IMG/VR virus record: IMGVR_UViG_3300028569_002417
Location: 124,001-188,000 of that record
Length of the DNA stretch: 64,000 nucleotides
Strand: one strand, 5' to 3'
The notes under the pieces are model-generated. The model did no database searches and had not been told where the DNA came from. It was given only the letters and a program-made list of their open reading frames with translations. Of this stretch, positions 53,749 to 62,599 are shown in pieces. The position numbers were made by a program, and so were the translations under genes. Each line of letters begins with the position of its first letter. Position 1 is the first letter of the stretch.

Positions 53749-55004
53749 CGTCTCCTTCTTCTTTTCAGATTATCTTCTGCTTGTTCAATTGTCAAAACAC
53801 CAGAAAGAACTAGAAGCTGCTCACTCATGTTCAAGCCGGGATGGAATCTTCTTTCTAATTTGGAGCCTTGAGTAAGGCCTGTGCTAATTGACGTTGCGTC
53901 ATCAGGATTGACATTTACAATACCTCCTGACAACATAGTATCAAATTTGGTGTCACCAGTTTGAGGCATCGTTGTTCTTGTATTTGCTTGATCCGCTCCT
54001 GCTTTTAATTCTTTCACAATCATGGCATTTTTTGCAATATAATTTGCAACATCTTGTGGGCTTGCGGTTTTTGCATTAGGTAGTTTTTCTTCAGGAATGT
54101 TGTCTCTAAACATCTTCAAAATTGGTTGTTGATTTTTTGCAAGTGAACCTTTGACAGGTTTATTTTTTTCATCTCTTTCCATGGTTGCTGTTTGAGTGTT
54201 TTCATTGCCCAATAGTCTCAAAACATGTTGTGAAACTTGTTCTTCACTTAAATCAAATAGATTGCTTTTTGCATCGCCACCTTCTGATGGAACTGACCCT
54301 TTTTCTGCGGCAATAGCTAAATGTACTGCTTTCAATGACTTTAGGGCGCTTGGCAAACCACTTATTATTTTTGCGCTAATTTGTTGATCTGGATTAAAAC
54401 AACAGAATTGTGACCATCTATGATGTCCATCAATGATATGATATTTGTCTCCGACTTTTGAAACTATTATAGCTCCAGCAGCATTAGGGTTTGTTCCCTT
54501 GAGCATATCTGGCGTGCTTCCGTATTGGTCTTTTATTCCGGCATCAACTGAATTTTCTAGAAAAACTTCTGCTTGGGTTGGAACAACTGATCTAATACTA
54601 ACATTTGCACTTGTTACTGATAGCTTATCATTTTCGGAACCATCTTTAATTGTGGCTTGAAATTTTGGATTTGATATATACTTGTTAAGCTGTGACCAAA
54701 AGTTTCCTAAGTCGGTGCCATCATTCATCATATTCTTGAGAATTTCTAAATATTTTGGGTCAGCAGGTGCTTTTCCATAACCGCTGACAGAAGAACCGGC
54801 AGGTTGATTATTTGGTTGATTAATTGTTAGTGGGTTTGCATTAGCGGTAGAGGCTTTATTGGAAGTATTAGTGCCTGTAAAACTATATCCACTTGGAACA
54901 GAGCCGCTATTGTTTGGAATTTGGGTTATTGGCCCCTGCATAGATTGATTGTTTATTTCCTCTTCTTCTTTCATTTGCTGATAAAACTCAAAAAATGTCT
55001 TCAT
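53745..55004 (-). CDS. ParB/Srx-like domain protein with capsid-targeting-like N-terminus
   Basis: MKTFFEFYQQMKEEEE; VVPTQ, IIVS, IIDGHHRW. Confidence 0.8.
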   Translation of the reverse strand: MKTFFEFYQQMKEEEEINNQSMQGPITQIPNNSGSVPSGYSFTGTNTSNKASTANANPLTINQPNNQPAGSSVSGYGKAPADPKYLEILKNMMNDGTDLGNFWSQLNKYISNPKFQATIKDGSENDKLSVTSANVSIRSVVPTQAEVFLENSVDAGIKDQYGSTPDMLKGTNPNAAGAIIVSKVGDKYHIIDGHHRWSQFCCFNPDQQISAKIISGLPSALKSLKAVHLAIAAEKGSVPSEGGDAKSNLFDLSEEQVSQHVLRLLGNENTQTATMERDEKNKPVKGSLAKNQQPILKMFRDNIPEEKLPNAKTASPQDVANYIAKNAMIVKELKAGADQANTRTTMPQTGDTKFDTMLSGGIVNVNPDDATSISTGLTQGSKLERRFHPGLNMSEQLLVLSGVLTIEQAEDNLKRRRRR

Positions 55005-55016
55005 ATTATTTTCCTT

Positions 55017-55247
55017 TTATTTGCAAAAACAGTCTGTTTTTCCACATGATTCGCAGCAAGTGCAAAGATCGCAGCAAGAACCTTTTAATTCACAGCAACC
55101 TTCAACAGCACAACAGGAACAACCACATTGGCAAATGCATTTTTCGCACAAGCATTTTGTAGATGATTTTACAAAACCAGCGCAAATAAAACCTGTAATT
55201 ATAATTACAGCAATTGCTCCAAGTAACGAATCAATCCAATTAGACAT
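55017..55247 (-). CDS. membrane-anchored Cys-rich (metallothionein-like) protein
   Basis: 19 Cys in 76 aa by my count; SD AAGGAG; CTAAATA upstream at 55270-55276. Confidence 0.7.
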   Translation of the reverse strand: MSNWIDSLLGAIAVIIITGFICAGFVKSSTKCLCEKCICQCGCSCCAVEGCCELKGSCCDLCTCCESCGKTDCFCK

Positions 55248-55299
55248 GTTTGCTCCTTTAATATATAATTATTTAGGCTATTACAGTTATAATTACATT

Positions 55300-55551
55300 A
55301 TGAGTAAGAAAAAAATTAACAAAAAATATGTTAAGTTGTCTTATGGAAAATGCCCTTCTTGACTGCCACAAAATAATCGAAGGAAACAAGAAGGAAGGAC
55401 CGGGTTATGTGAAAGAAAATGTAGTTGTTTGCTGCGCTCTTTGTCACAGAAAATACATGCAAATATAATTAAAATCGATAGATATTACACAACAACTTTA
55501 GGAAAACAGATTTTGCACTATTGGCTCGATGGAGTTGAACATTGGGATTGA
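55300..55551 (+). pseudogene. disrupted small HNH endonuclease
   Basis: Three frames join as MSKKKINKKYVKLSYGKC / ALLDCHKIIEG...YVKENVVVCCALCHRK / IHANIIKIDRYY...HYWLDGVEHWD*. Confidence 0.7.
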
Positions 55552-55561
55552 TATATAGATC

Positions 55562-55750
55562 ATGCTTACTTTTCAACAATTTCTAGAATCTAGAAAAAGT
55601 GCCACAGGAACTTTTGGAATGGGTACTGGACAGAGTCCAGCAAAAATCATGGCCAGAGGAGCAGTTAGTCCTGCAAGTCCTACTCGTCCAAAATATCATG
55701 GATTAAGTGTTGCAAAATCTTATCCTGTTGCTAAAATTGGTAAGGTTTGA
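55562..55750 (+). CDS. small basic protein with capsid-targeting-like N-terminus
   Basis: MLTFQQFLES; ATATATAGA 2 nt before ATG. Confidence 0.75.
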   Translation: MLTFQQFLESRKSATGTFGMGTGQSPAKIMARGAVSPASPTRPKYHGLSVAKSYPVAKIGKV

Positions 55751-55780
55751 TCGGTAATGGCTAAAGATAGAGGGTTTTTT

Positions 55781-56191
55781 ATGCGTACATTTCATGAGTT
55801 TTGCGAGATTAAGAAAAATATTTTGAATGAATCTGATCTGGATCATTATGCACAAATTAGTGATGAAGCATTAGATAATGCTTACCATTATGGGCGTTCA
55901 AAGCCGGGCACTTTTGGCTACGAAGCCAACAAGGGAAGTGCTAAGTTTGCTTTAGATCTAATGAAAACAGGCGAGACAGATATAGAAATGATTGCAGATG
56001 CTATCCACAAAGGCTGGGCAAGTGTCGCAACTACATACGATGATCCAATTTACGCTGTCAAGCCTGAGAAAAAAGCCAATAGATTAAATTTGGCTGATAC
56101 ACATTATAGTCAGCTTTCTGAAGAAGAAAAAGAAAAGGATAGAGTTGTCGCAAGAGCGTTGTTACAGGCCTATCAAGCAGAAAATGAATGA
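55781..56191 (+). CDS. RyR-domain protein with capsid-targeting-like N-terminus
   Basis: MRTFHEFCE; AIHKGWA...YSQLSEEEKEKDRVVAR. Confidence 0.75.
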   Translation: MRTFHEFCEIKKNILNESDLDHYAQISDEALDNAYHYGRSKPGTFGYEANKGSAKFALDLMKTGETDIEMIADAIHKGWASVATTYDDPIYAVKPEKKANRLNLADTHYSQLSEEEKEKDRVVARALLQAYQAENE

Positions 56192-56222
56192 TGGAATTAA
56201 TATACAGGCACTATGTTAAGGC

Positions 56223-56816
56223 ATGGCTGTATCAAGTATTGGAAACGGACTTACTGTTGTAATTGAATGTGATTTTTTACCACATCATGAGTGGATGTCC
56301 TTTCTGGCATATTGGTCACTTAAAAATAACTTGCCAGAAGCAAAAGTGATAGTTACATGTGTCAGAAGGGACATGAATATTGATATATTAAATTGGCCAA
56401 GGAAGTGTAACGTCCCAATTCTCTTCCACAAGCCAATGGATCAAGATAATCTTAGTCATTTTGTTGCAACTCATCCAAAAATAAAGGTAACACAAGATTT
56501 TGTCTTTATAAAACCTACAATTGTTTTTCTTCGTGATTTTGAAGAATCTTCTACAAATCCTGATGTTTTTGAAAGAGGAAAAAATATTTCTGAAATACAA
56601 GGAATTGTCTCAAAAATAAATTCTGAAAATCCTACCATTTGCTGTGATTATTCTGAAGGATGGGGTAAGTTTGTGACTTCAGATTGGATAAATAAAAAAA
56701 GCATACCCTTCTCGTCAGTTAATTTTGTCGATGCAGATATGAGCTTAAACGAGAATAGGCTTGCTAGGCTTTGGAAGTCAGCTACGAAAATATACCCAAG
56801 TGTATCAAGGGGATAA
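56223..56816 (+). CDS. hypothetical protein
   Basis: 197 aa. Confidence 0.75.
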   Translation: MAVSSIGNGLTVVIECDFLPHHEWMSFLAYWSLKNNLPEAKVIVTCVRRDMNIDILNWPRKCNVPILFHKPMDQDNLSHFVATHPKIKVTQDFVFIKPTIVFLRDFEESSTNPDVFERGKNISEIQGIVSKINSENPTICCDYSEGWGKFVTSDWINKKSIPFSSVNFVDADMSLNENRLARLWKSATKIYPSVSRG

Positions 56817-56817
56817 A

Positions 56818-57096
56818 ATGAGACATTTCAATTACGACGACAATGATGAATTTCACGAAGACATTGATAAGTTTTTCGATAATGAAGATTCAGGCGGCTA
56901 TGACGATCTCATTAAAGAAGAATTTGCTCTTCAAGAAGCAAGACTTGATGTTCAACATCGTGAAATCAACTATAAGATGATGAGAACAGCAATCAGGTTT
57001 TGTGAAAAAACTTTTCTTTGGTCTTTTTATTCAATACCTACTCGTTTGAAGATGATCTCTGAAACTTATAAAAGACTTCGCAAATTAGAGGAATGA
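56818..57096 (+). CDS. acidic hypothetical protein
   Basis: ATG 56818 after SD AGGGG. Confidence 0.7.
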   Translation: MRHFNYDDNDEFHEDIDKFFDNEDSGGYDDLIKEEFALQEARLDVQHREINYKMMRTAIRFCEKTFLWSFYSIPTRLKMISETYKRLRKLEE

Positions 57097-57097
57097 A

Positions 57098-57433
57098 ATG
57101 CCAACTTATCAGTTTTCCTGTAAACAATGCAATACCGTTTATGAGGAACTTTGTTCACATGATCCTAAGGGCAAATATAAAGGCGTTATTTGCCCAAAAT
57201 GTAAAAGTAAATCAAAAACAAAATTGATGTCAGCTTGTAGTTATCAATTTTCAAACCCAGAAGGTACTGATCGCTGGAATAACGAATCCAGCGGTCATGA
57301 TTATAGATTCAATCATAATTTGCCCAAGGTTCTGTCAGAAAGACAACGTGCCGAAGAAGCTGGTAAAAATCCAAATCCCTATAATAATATCAATGATATT
57401 GCTAATAATGACGCTTGGGGCGATGTTAAGTAA
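57098..57433 (+). CDS. FmdB-family zinc ribbon protein
   Basis: MPTYQFSCKQC...CPKC. Confidence 0.85.
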   Translation: MPTYQFSCKQCNTVYEELCSHDPKGKYKGVICPKCKSKSKTKLMSACSYQFSNPEGTDRWNNESSGHDYRFNHNLPKVLSERQRAEEAGKNPNPYNNINDIANNDAWGDVK

Positions 57434-57437
57434 TTAT

Positions 57438-58526
57438 TTATTTTCTTTTCAGCAAGCGACTTTCCTGATAAAACCATTCTTTGAAATTTAACTTTTGTTC
57501 TGCCATTTTGCCTAAATTTCTCTGACCGACTAACGATCTTATTGATTTAGCATATCCTTCAGGATCTCTATTGTAACTGGGATTTGAGAATGGTAAATTT
57601 TCTTTTCTTGGCTCATTACTCATTGGAACGCCTTGAGTAGGATGATATCGTACTTGTTTAACTAAAGAAGCAGCACCACTCATTACGTCTTTTATTGGAA
57701 CAGTTCCTAAATCAGGTGTTGAAACATATACTTCTAACGATCTTTTTGTTTCTAAAAGTTTTCTTCTCTCTGCTTGCAGATTGTCTATGCTCTGATTGAT
57801 TTTTTCGTCAATGTTTAGACCTCTTGGGTCTTTTTTTCCTAATTGTTTCTCAAGATCAAGTACCCACTTGTCCAATTCACTAATTCTATCAAATTTGGTT
57901 CTGTCTAAACTTATAATTTGATCATATTCATTTTGTAAATTTTTTATACTTGATCTGATGTGTTCTTCGCTGTCGTATTTGAATTCTTTATTTTTTAATT
58001 TCTCTTCTTGAGAAGATATCCATTTTAGTAATTCTTGTGTTCTTATATATTTTTCTTCATCCAAACCTGATTTAATCTTATGATTATCTAAGCTTATAAG
58101 CTTTTCATTTATCAATGCGTTTAAGCAAGGAATTAGTTCTTTTTTCAACATGTTGCCAGAAGCAGATTTTTCGTCCCAAAAACTTACAATAATTTTATTT
58201 ATACTTCTATTACCATAGCCAATTCTTCCCATCACCATATGATCATATATGTCTTTATTGTTTCGATAGCTTGCTGCTAAATCTTTTTTTCTATCTTTTA
58301 CAGAAGCTAATCCTTTTTTTCTTAAATCTTTTTCAAGCTCATCTTCAGATAGTTCTCCATATATCTTTTTAAGTTCGTTAAGAATAAATTCATTATCTTT
58401 AATAATATGGACGTGAGTGTCGGAGGATATTTTACTGTAAAATAACCTATTCTTAAACCATATAAAAGTAATCATGTTGTCATAATCATTATGGTAATCA
58501 TACATTTCATCAGGACTTTTGTACAT
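57438..58526 (-). CDS. hypothetical protein, paralog of 58613-60007
   Basis: MGRIG...IIVSFW...LIPCLN; coiled-coil insert; C-terminal LNFKEWFYQES. Confidence 0.8.
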   Translation of the reverse strand: MYKSPDEMYDYHNDYDNMITFIWFKNRLFYSKISSDTHVHIIKDNEFILNELKKIYGELSEDELEKDLRKKGLASVKDRKKDLAASYRNNKDIYDHMVMGRIGYGNRSINKIIVSFWDEKSASGNMLKKELIPCLNALINEKLISLDNHKIKSGLDEEKYIRTQELLKWISSQEEKLKNKEFKYDSEEHIRSSIKNLQNEYDQIISLDRTKFDRISELDKWVLDLEKQLGKKDPRGLNIDEKINQSIDNLQAERRKLLETKRSLEVYVSTPDLGTVPIKDVMSGAASLVKQVRYHPTQGVPMSNEPRKENLPFSNPSYNRDPEGYAKSIRSLVGQRNLGKMAEQKLNFKEWFYQESRLLKRK

Positions 58527-58612
58527 AATTTTTTCCTTAAATTTCTCTTATACGATCTGGCGTTATAGCATAAATAACGGGTCCCAAATTTCTTCCTAAT
58601 TTATCTTTTCTT

Positions 58613-60007
58613 TCACATTAATGCTATCTTTTCTGGAGTAGTAATATGACCCTGAGCTCCTAGCAGATCGTTTGTGATAATTATTTGTTTTCCGTTAAAA
58701 ATGCCGCCGGATAATGTCCCATTCCTTTTCATTTCATAGAATGCTTTGAATTTTTCTTGAGAATAATTTCCGTAAAATGTGGCTAATGGCCTATTTTTAA
58801 GTTCTTTTGCGAGTTGTTCTTTATCACATTTTTTTGCAAAATCAGAATTTTCAATTACTTTTTCAACAGATAAGCCATCAGGAACAATTCTGCCAACAAT
58901 ATCTTCATTGCCCCCTCTTGATAGCGCATACCAAGCTTGCTGCGCTCTTTTTGCAGCACCATATGAAATTTTGTCAAGATAGGTGATGTAGTCGGAATGA
59001 CTCATATTATATCTGGGTGCTATTCCTAAACCATCAGTAGTTTTTTCACCGTTTATTTCCTTGTCGCCATTAAAGTAAAAAAATGATTTGTGAGAATTTG
59101 CCATCTTGCCATCAGATATTGCTGATGGATTAAGTAGTTGTTTTTTGAACAACTCTACAATAATTTTTTTCATATATGAGCTTATTTCCCAATCTTCCAT
59201 TTTTTCAAAATTTACTTTTTCCGTTTGAATATTATTGTCAGATGCAGGAATTGCACTAGGTGCGTAGCCAAGTTTTTTACCTAGTTCTTCTTTTTCAGAT
59301 GGCGTCATAACTTTTCCATTTGGCCATCTACCTTGATGAAAAGCAAGCATTTCTGCCGTTTTATCTTTTTCATCTTCTTTGTTATAAGTCATTGATCCGC
59401 CACCAATGTAATAAGTGATCGGACGCAATGGTTCATTTGGTATTGCAACAAATATATTTTCAATTTTACTAAAAAATACCTTGCCACCTTGATTAACCAT
59501 ATCGTTCAGGCAAGGTATAAGAAGAGTATCATATAGTTTTTTGCCCGTATTTCTCAATCCTTTTTTATGTAAATAGCCACTTTCTTTTTGCTGTTCATCA
59601 GAATTACTATTCCAAAAAGAAACAATTGTTGCATATTCTTTATTGTCTGCTCCTAATTTTGAAAGAGCTTTTAATATTGGTTCATTTTTTTGATAAGGAT
59701 TATCTTTTATATGCTTTTTATAATTTTCTAAAGGAAGATAAGAATATCTTCCAATTAAGCAAAATTGCATCAAATCATCATTAAAGTCAGCCCACAAATC
59801 ATCGCCATATTCTTTTTTTAATGATTCGTAATTGTAAGCCATGATATCTTGGTGCGTTCCTCCTTCATAGTATTTATTTCCTATGGTGTAAACAAATCCT
59901 TTTTTTCTCATTCCTTCTATATCAAAAGACAATGCTTCGAGTGTGTGAGGGCTTATATTGCTGCTTTCCTCACTTAACAACCATTTTCTAAAACTTAAAT
60001 TAATCAT
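58613..60007 (-). CDS. hypothetical protein with capsid-targeting-like N-terminus
   Basis: MINLSFRKWLLSEE; IGRY...IVSFW...LIPCLN. Confidence 0.8.
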   Translation of the reverse strand: MINLSFRKWLLSEESSNISPHTLEALSFDIEGMRKKGFVYTIGNKYYEGGTHQDIMAYNYESLKKEYGDDLWADFNDDLMQFCLIGRYSYLPLENYKKHIKDNPYQKNEPILKALSKLGADNKEYATIVSFWNSNSDEQQKESGYLHKKGLRNTGKKLYDTLLIPCLNDMVNQGGKVFFSKIENIFVAIPNEPLRPITYYIGGGSMTYNKEDEKDKTAEMLAFHQGRWPNGKVMTPSEKEELGKKLGYAPSAIPASDNNIQTEKVNFEKMEDWEISSYMKKIIVELFKKQLLNPSAISDGKMANSHKSFFYFNGDKEINGEKTTDGLGIAPRYNMSHSDYITYLDKISYGAAKRAQQAWYALSRGGNEDIVGRIVPDGLSVEKVIENSDFAKKCDKEQLAKELKNRPLATFYGNYSQEKFKAFYEMKRNGTLSGGIFNGKQIIITNDLLGAQGHITTPEKIALM

Positions 60008-60122
60008 GAATTTATGTATAGGTTTTCAAAAAAATATTCTCAGATTTGTTCTTGATTTGTTGTTATCTTATAATTAATCTGGGAAGCCGTGGAAACCCAA
60101 AAAGCCGACAATCGGAGTAATC

Positions 60123-62201
60123 ATGACAAGCAAACTTAAAAAAGCAATTGTAAATTTCAATCGGGATCAATTCCGTGCAATTAACACAGAAATGTCATTT
60201 GGCGAATATCTTGACTTGTGTTATGAAAATCCAAAACTTCTTCGTAACTCATGGCAAACCATTTATGACATGATTATGGATAAGGGCAGCTACACAATCG
60301 AAGAGTATCGCAAGACTTATGTGAATTATAAGTTTTTCGATGATCCAGATTGTCCAATCGTTGGCTTGGCTCCAATGAAAGATGCACTCGTTAAGTTCAT
60401 CAAGGGTGCAGCTGGAGGATATGGCACAGAACGAAGAATCCTTCTTCTCCACGGTCCTGTTGGCTCAAGTAAGTCCACAATTCTTCGTCTTTTTAAGCGC
60501 AGTATGGAGAAATATAGCCATACAGAAGAAGGATCTTGGTACAGCTTCAAATGGGTAAACCTACCTACAGGACCAGATGGCATTTATAATGATCCTGAAT
60601 GCGAATGCCCAATGCATGAACAACCTCTTAAACTTTTGCCTGTTGATATTCGTGGACCAATTCTTTTTGAACTAAATAAAATTCACGAACAACAGACATC
60701 AGAAGAACAAAGATCTGATATTTATACACTCAAGTGCGCTGATGAACTTGATCCTCTTTGCAAAAAGTTCATGACTGTTCTTCTCAAGAAGTATGACGGC
60801 GATATTGAGAAGGTCCTAGAAAATCACATCAGAGTTATCCGCAAAGTCTACTCAGAAGCTGATCGTTGCGGAATTGCAACATTCCAGCCAAAAGATGAGA
60901 AAAATCAAGATAGCACCGAACTTACAGGAGATATAAATTTCCGTAATATTGGTAATTTCGGTAGCGATTCTGATCCAAGAGCATTCAACTTTGATGGTGA
61001 ATTTTGTGTCGGCAACAGAGGAATCATCGAGTTTATTGAAGCTCTAAAGCTTGATACTGCTTTCCTTTATGATCTTCTTGGTGCTTCTCAAGAACAAAGC
61101 ATCAAGCCTAAGAAGTTTGCTCAGGTAAGTATCGATGAGGCAATCTGGTGCCATACCAATGATCCAGAATTCCAGAAGTTGAAATCAAATCAATACATGG
61201 AAGCTTTCCGTGATCGCACGACAAAGATTGATGTTCCTTACACTCTGAGGTGGAGCGAAGAGCTTAGAATCCTTGAGAAGGATTACGGTCCCGGTAAGGT
61301 TCGTCAGCACATCGCCCCTCACACTCTTGAGATTGCCGCTCTTTGGAGCATTCTCACTCGTCTTGCTGATGACAAAGATGGCAAACTCAGCTTGGTCGAG
61401 AAGGCAGAACTTTATGACGGCAAGCTTCTTCCCGGTTGGACAGAAGACAGTGTTAAAGAACTAAAGGACAAGTATCCTGATGAAGGTATGAACAGTGGAG
61501 TATCAGTTCGATACCTTCAGGATAAGATATCCAACTGTCTTGCGAATAATCATGATTATGTGAATATGTTCATGGTTTTGAACGAACTTCGTGATGGACT
61601 TGAAAATAGTAGTCTTCTTACCAATAAGGAACAGGTGAGTCGATACATTACATGTGTTGATTTGGCGGTGAAAAAGTTGACAGAAATACTTAAAAATGAG
61701 GTTCAAAAAGCTCTTGTCGGCGACAAGGAAGCTGTTAAGCGTCTTTGCACAAATTATATTGACAACGTGATGGCTTATATCAATAAGAATAAAATTAAGG
61801 ACCAAATCACTGGTCAAGATCGCAAGCCAGATGAAAGGCTTATGCGTCAAATCGAAGAAAAGATTCAAATCCCAGATACTGGATGCGATGACTTCCGCCG
61901 CCAAATCGCAGCTTTCATTGGTCATCTTGCTCATGAAGGCAAGACATTCGCTTGGGACAGTAATCCAAAGCTAAGGAAGGCTCTTGAGGCAAAGCTCTTT
62001 GAAGATGTCCGTGATACTATCAAGCTTTCTGCCTTGACAATGAGTGGAGCAGCAGTCGTTGATAAGGACTTGCAGGAAAAGATCGATGCAGTCAAGACAA
62101 GACTTGTTAAGGATTTTGGATATAACGACAGGTCTGCCACAGACGTTTTGGACTTTGTTTCCGGTATATTCTCCAGAGGCGACTTAGCCGAAGACGAATA
62201 A
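60123..62201 (+). CDS. prkA: PrkA/YeaG AAA+ serine protein kinase
   Basis: LLLHGPVGSSKST, CPMHEQPL, FQPKDEKNQDSTEL, DPRAFNFDGE, NRGIIEFIE, EAFRDR. Confidence 0.95.
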   Translation: MTSKLKKAIVNFNRDQFRAINTEMSFGEYLDLCYENPKLLRNSWQTIYDMIMDKGSYTIEEYRKTYVNYKFFDDPDCPIVGLAPMKDALVKFIKGAAGGYGTERRILLLHGPVGSSKSTILRLFKRSMEKYSHTEEGSWYSFKWVNLPTGPDGIYNDPECECPMHEQPLKLLPVDIRGPILFELNKIHEQQTSEEQRSDIYTLKCADELDPLCKKFMTVLLKKYDGDIEKVLENHIRVIRKVYSEADRCGIATFQPKDEKNQDSTELTGDINFRNIGNFGSDSDPRAFNFDGEFCVGNRGIIEFIEALKLDTAFLYDLLGASQEQSIKPKKFAQVSIDEAIWCHTNDPEFQKLKSNQYMEAFRDRTTKIDVPYTLRWSEELRILEKDYGPGKVRQHIAPHTLEIAALWSILTRLADDKDGKLSLVEKAELYDGKLLPGWTEDSVKELKDKYPDEGMNSGVSVRYLQDKISNCLANNHDYVNMFMVLNELRDGLENSSLLTNKEQVSRYITCVDLAVKKLTEILKNEVQKALVGDKEAVKRLCTNYIDNVMAYINKNKIKDQITGQDRKPDERLMRQIEEKIQIPDTGCDDFRRQIAAFIGHLAHEGKTFAWDSNPKLRKALEAKLFEDVRDTIKLSALTMSGAAVVDKDLQEKIDAVKTRLVKDFGYNDRSATDVLDFVSGIFSRGDLAEDE

Positions 62202-62217
62202 TAAAATAACTAATATT

Positions 62218-62261
62218 AAAAATAATTGACGGTAATGTTAAAGTTACCGTCAATTATTTTT
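62218..62261 (+). terminator. rho-independent terminator after prkA
   Basis: AATAATTGACGGTAA/TTACCGTCAATTATT stem with A- and T-runs. Confidence 0.75.
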
Positions 62262-62269
62262 AGCTAGGT

Positions 62270-62298
62270 TTGCTTTATCGAAATCAATGGTTTATAAT
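62270..62298 (+). promoter_or_regulatory. sigma70-type promoter
   Basis: TTGCTT, 17 nt, TATAAT. Confidence 0.6.
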
Positions 62299-62342
62299 TT
62301 GATAAAGGCCAATCTTTGGCTTATCCGCTAAGAGGAATTATC

Positions 62343-62558
62343 ATGCAAAACCATTGGTTAGGTACTGCCCAAAGCAGGCAACTCATGAAAGAAATTGATG
62401 ATGTTGCTTTGGATATTTGGGCTCAAGATGGCACTCTTGGCGATCTTTTAGCAGCACTTACTGATGATCATACTGACCTTTTATTCGCAATGAAAATTAA
62501 AGATTTTACAAGTGATTCAAATAATGTTACTTGTGGAATCGAACTTATTTCTCCTTGA
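62343..62558 (+). CDS. small hypothetical protein
   Basis: ATG 62343 after SD GAGG; 71 aa. Confidence 0.6.
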   Translation: MQNHWLGTAQSRQLMKEIDDVALDIWAQDGTLGDLLAALTDDHTDLLFAMKIKDFTSDSNNVTCGIELISP

Positions 62559-62599
62559 ACATTAACAAGTACTGAGAGCTAAAAAAATAGAGGTGATTC

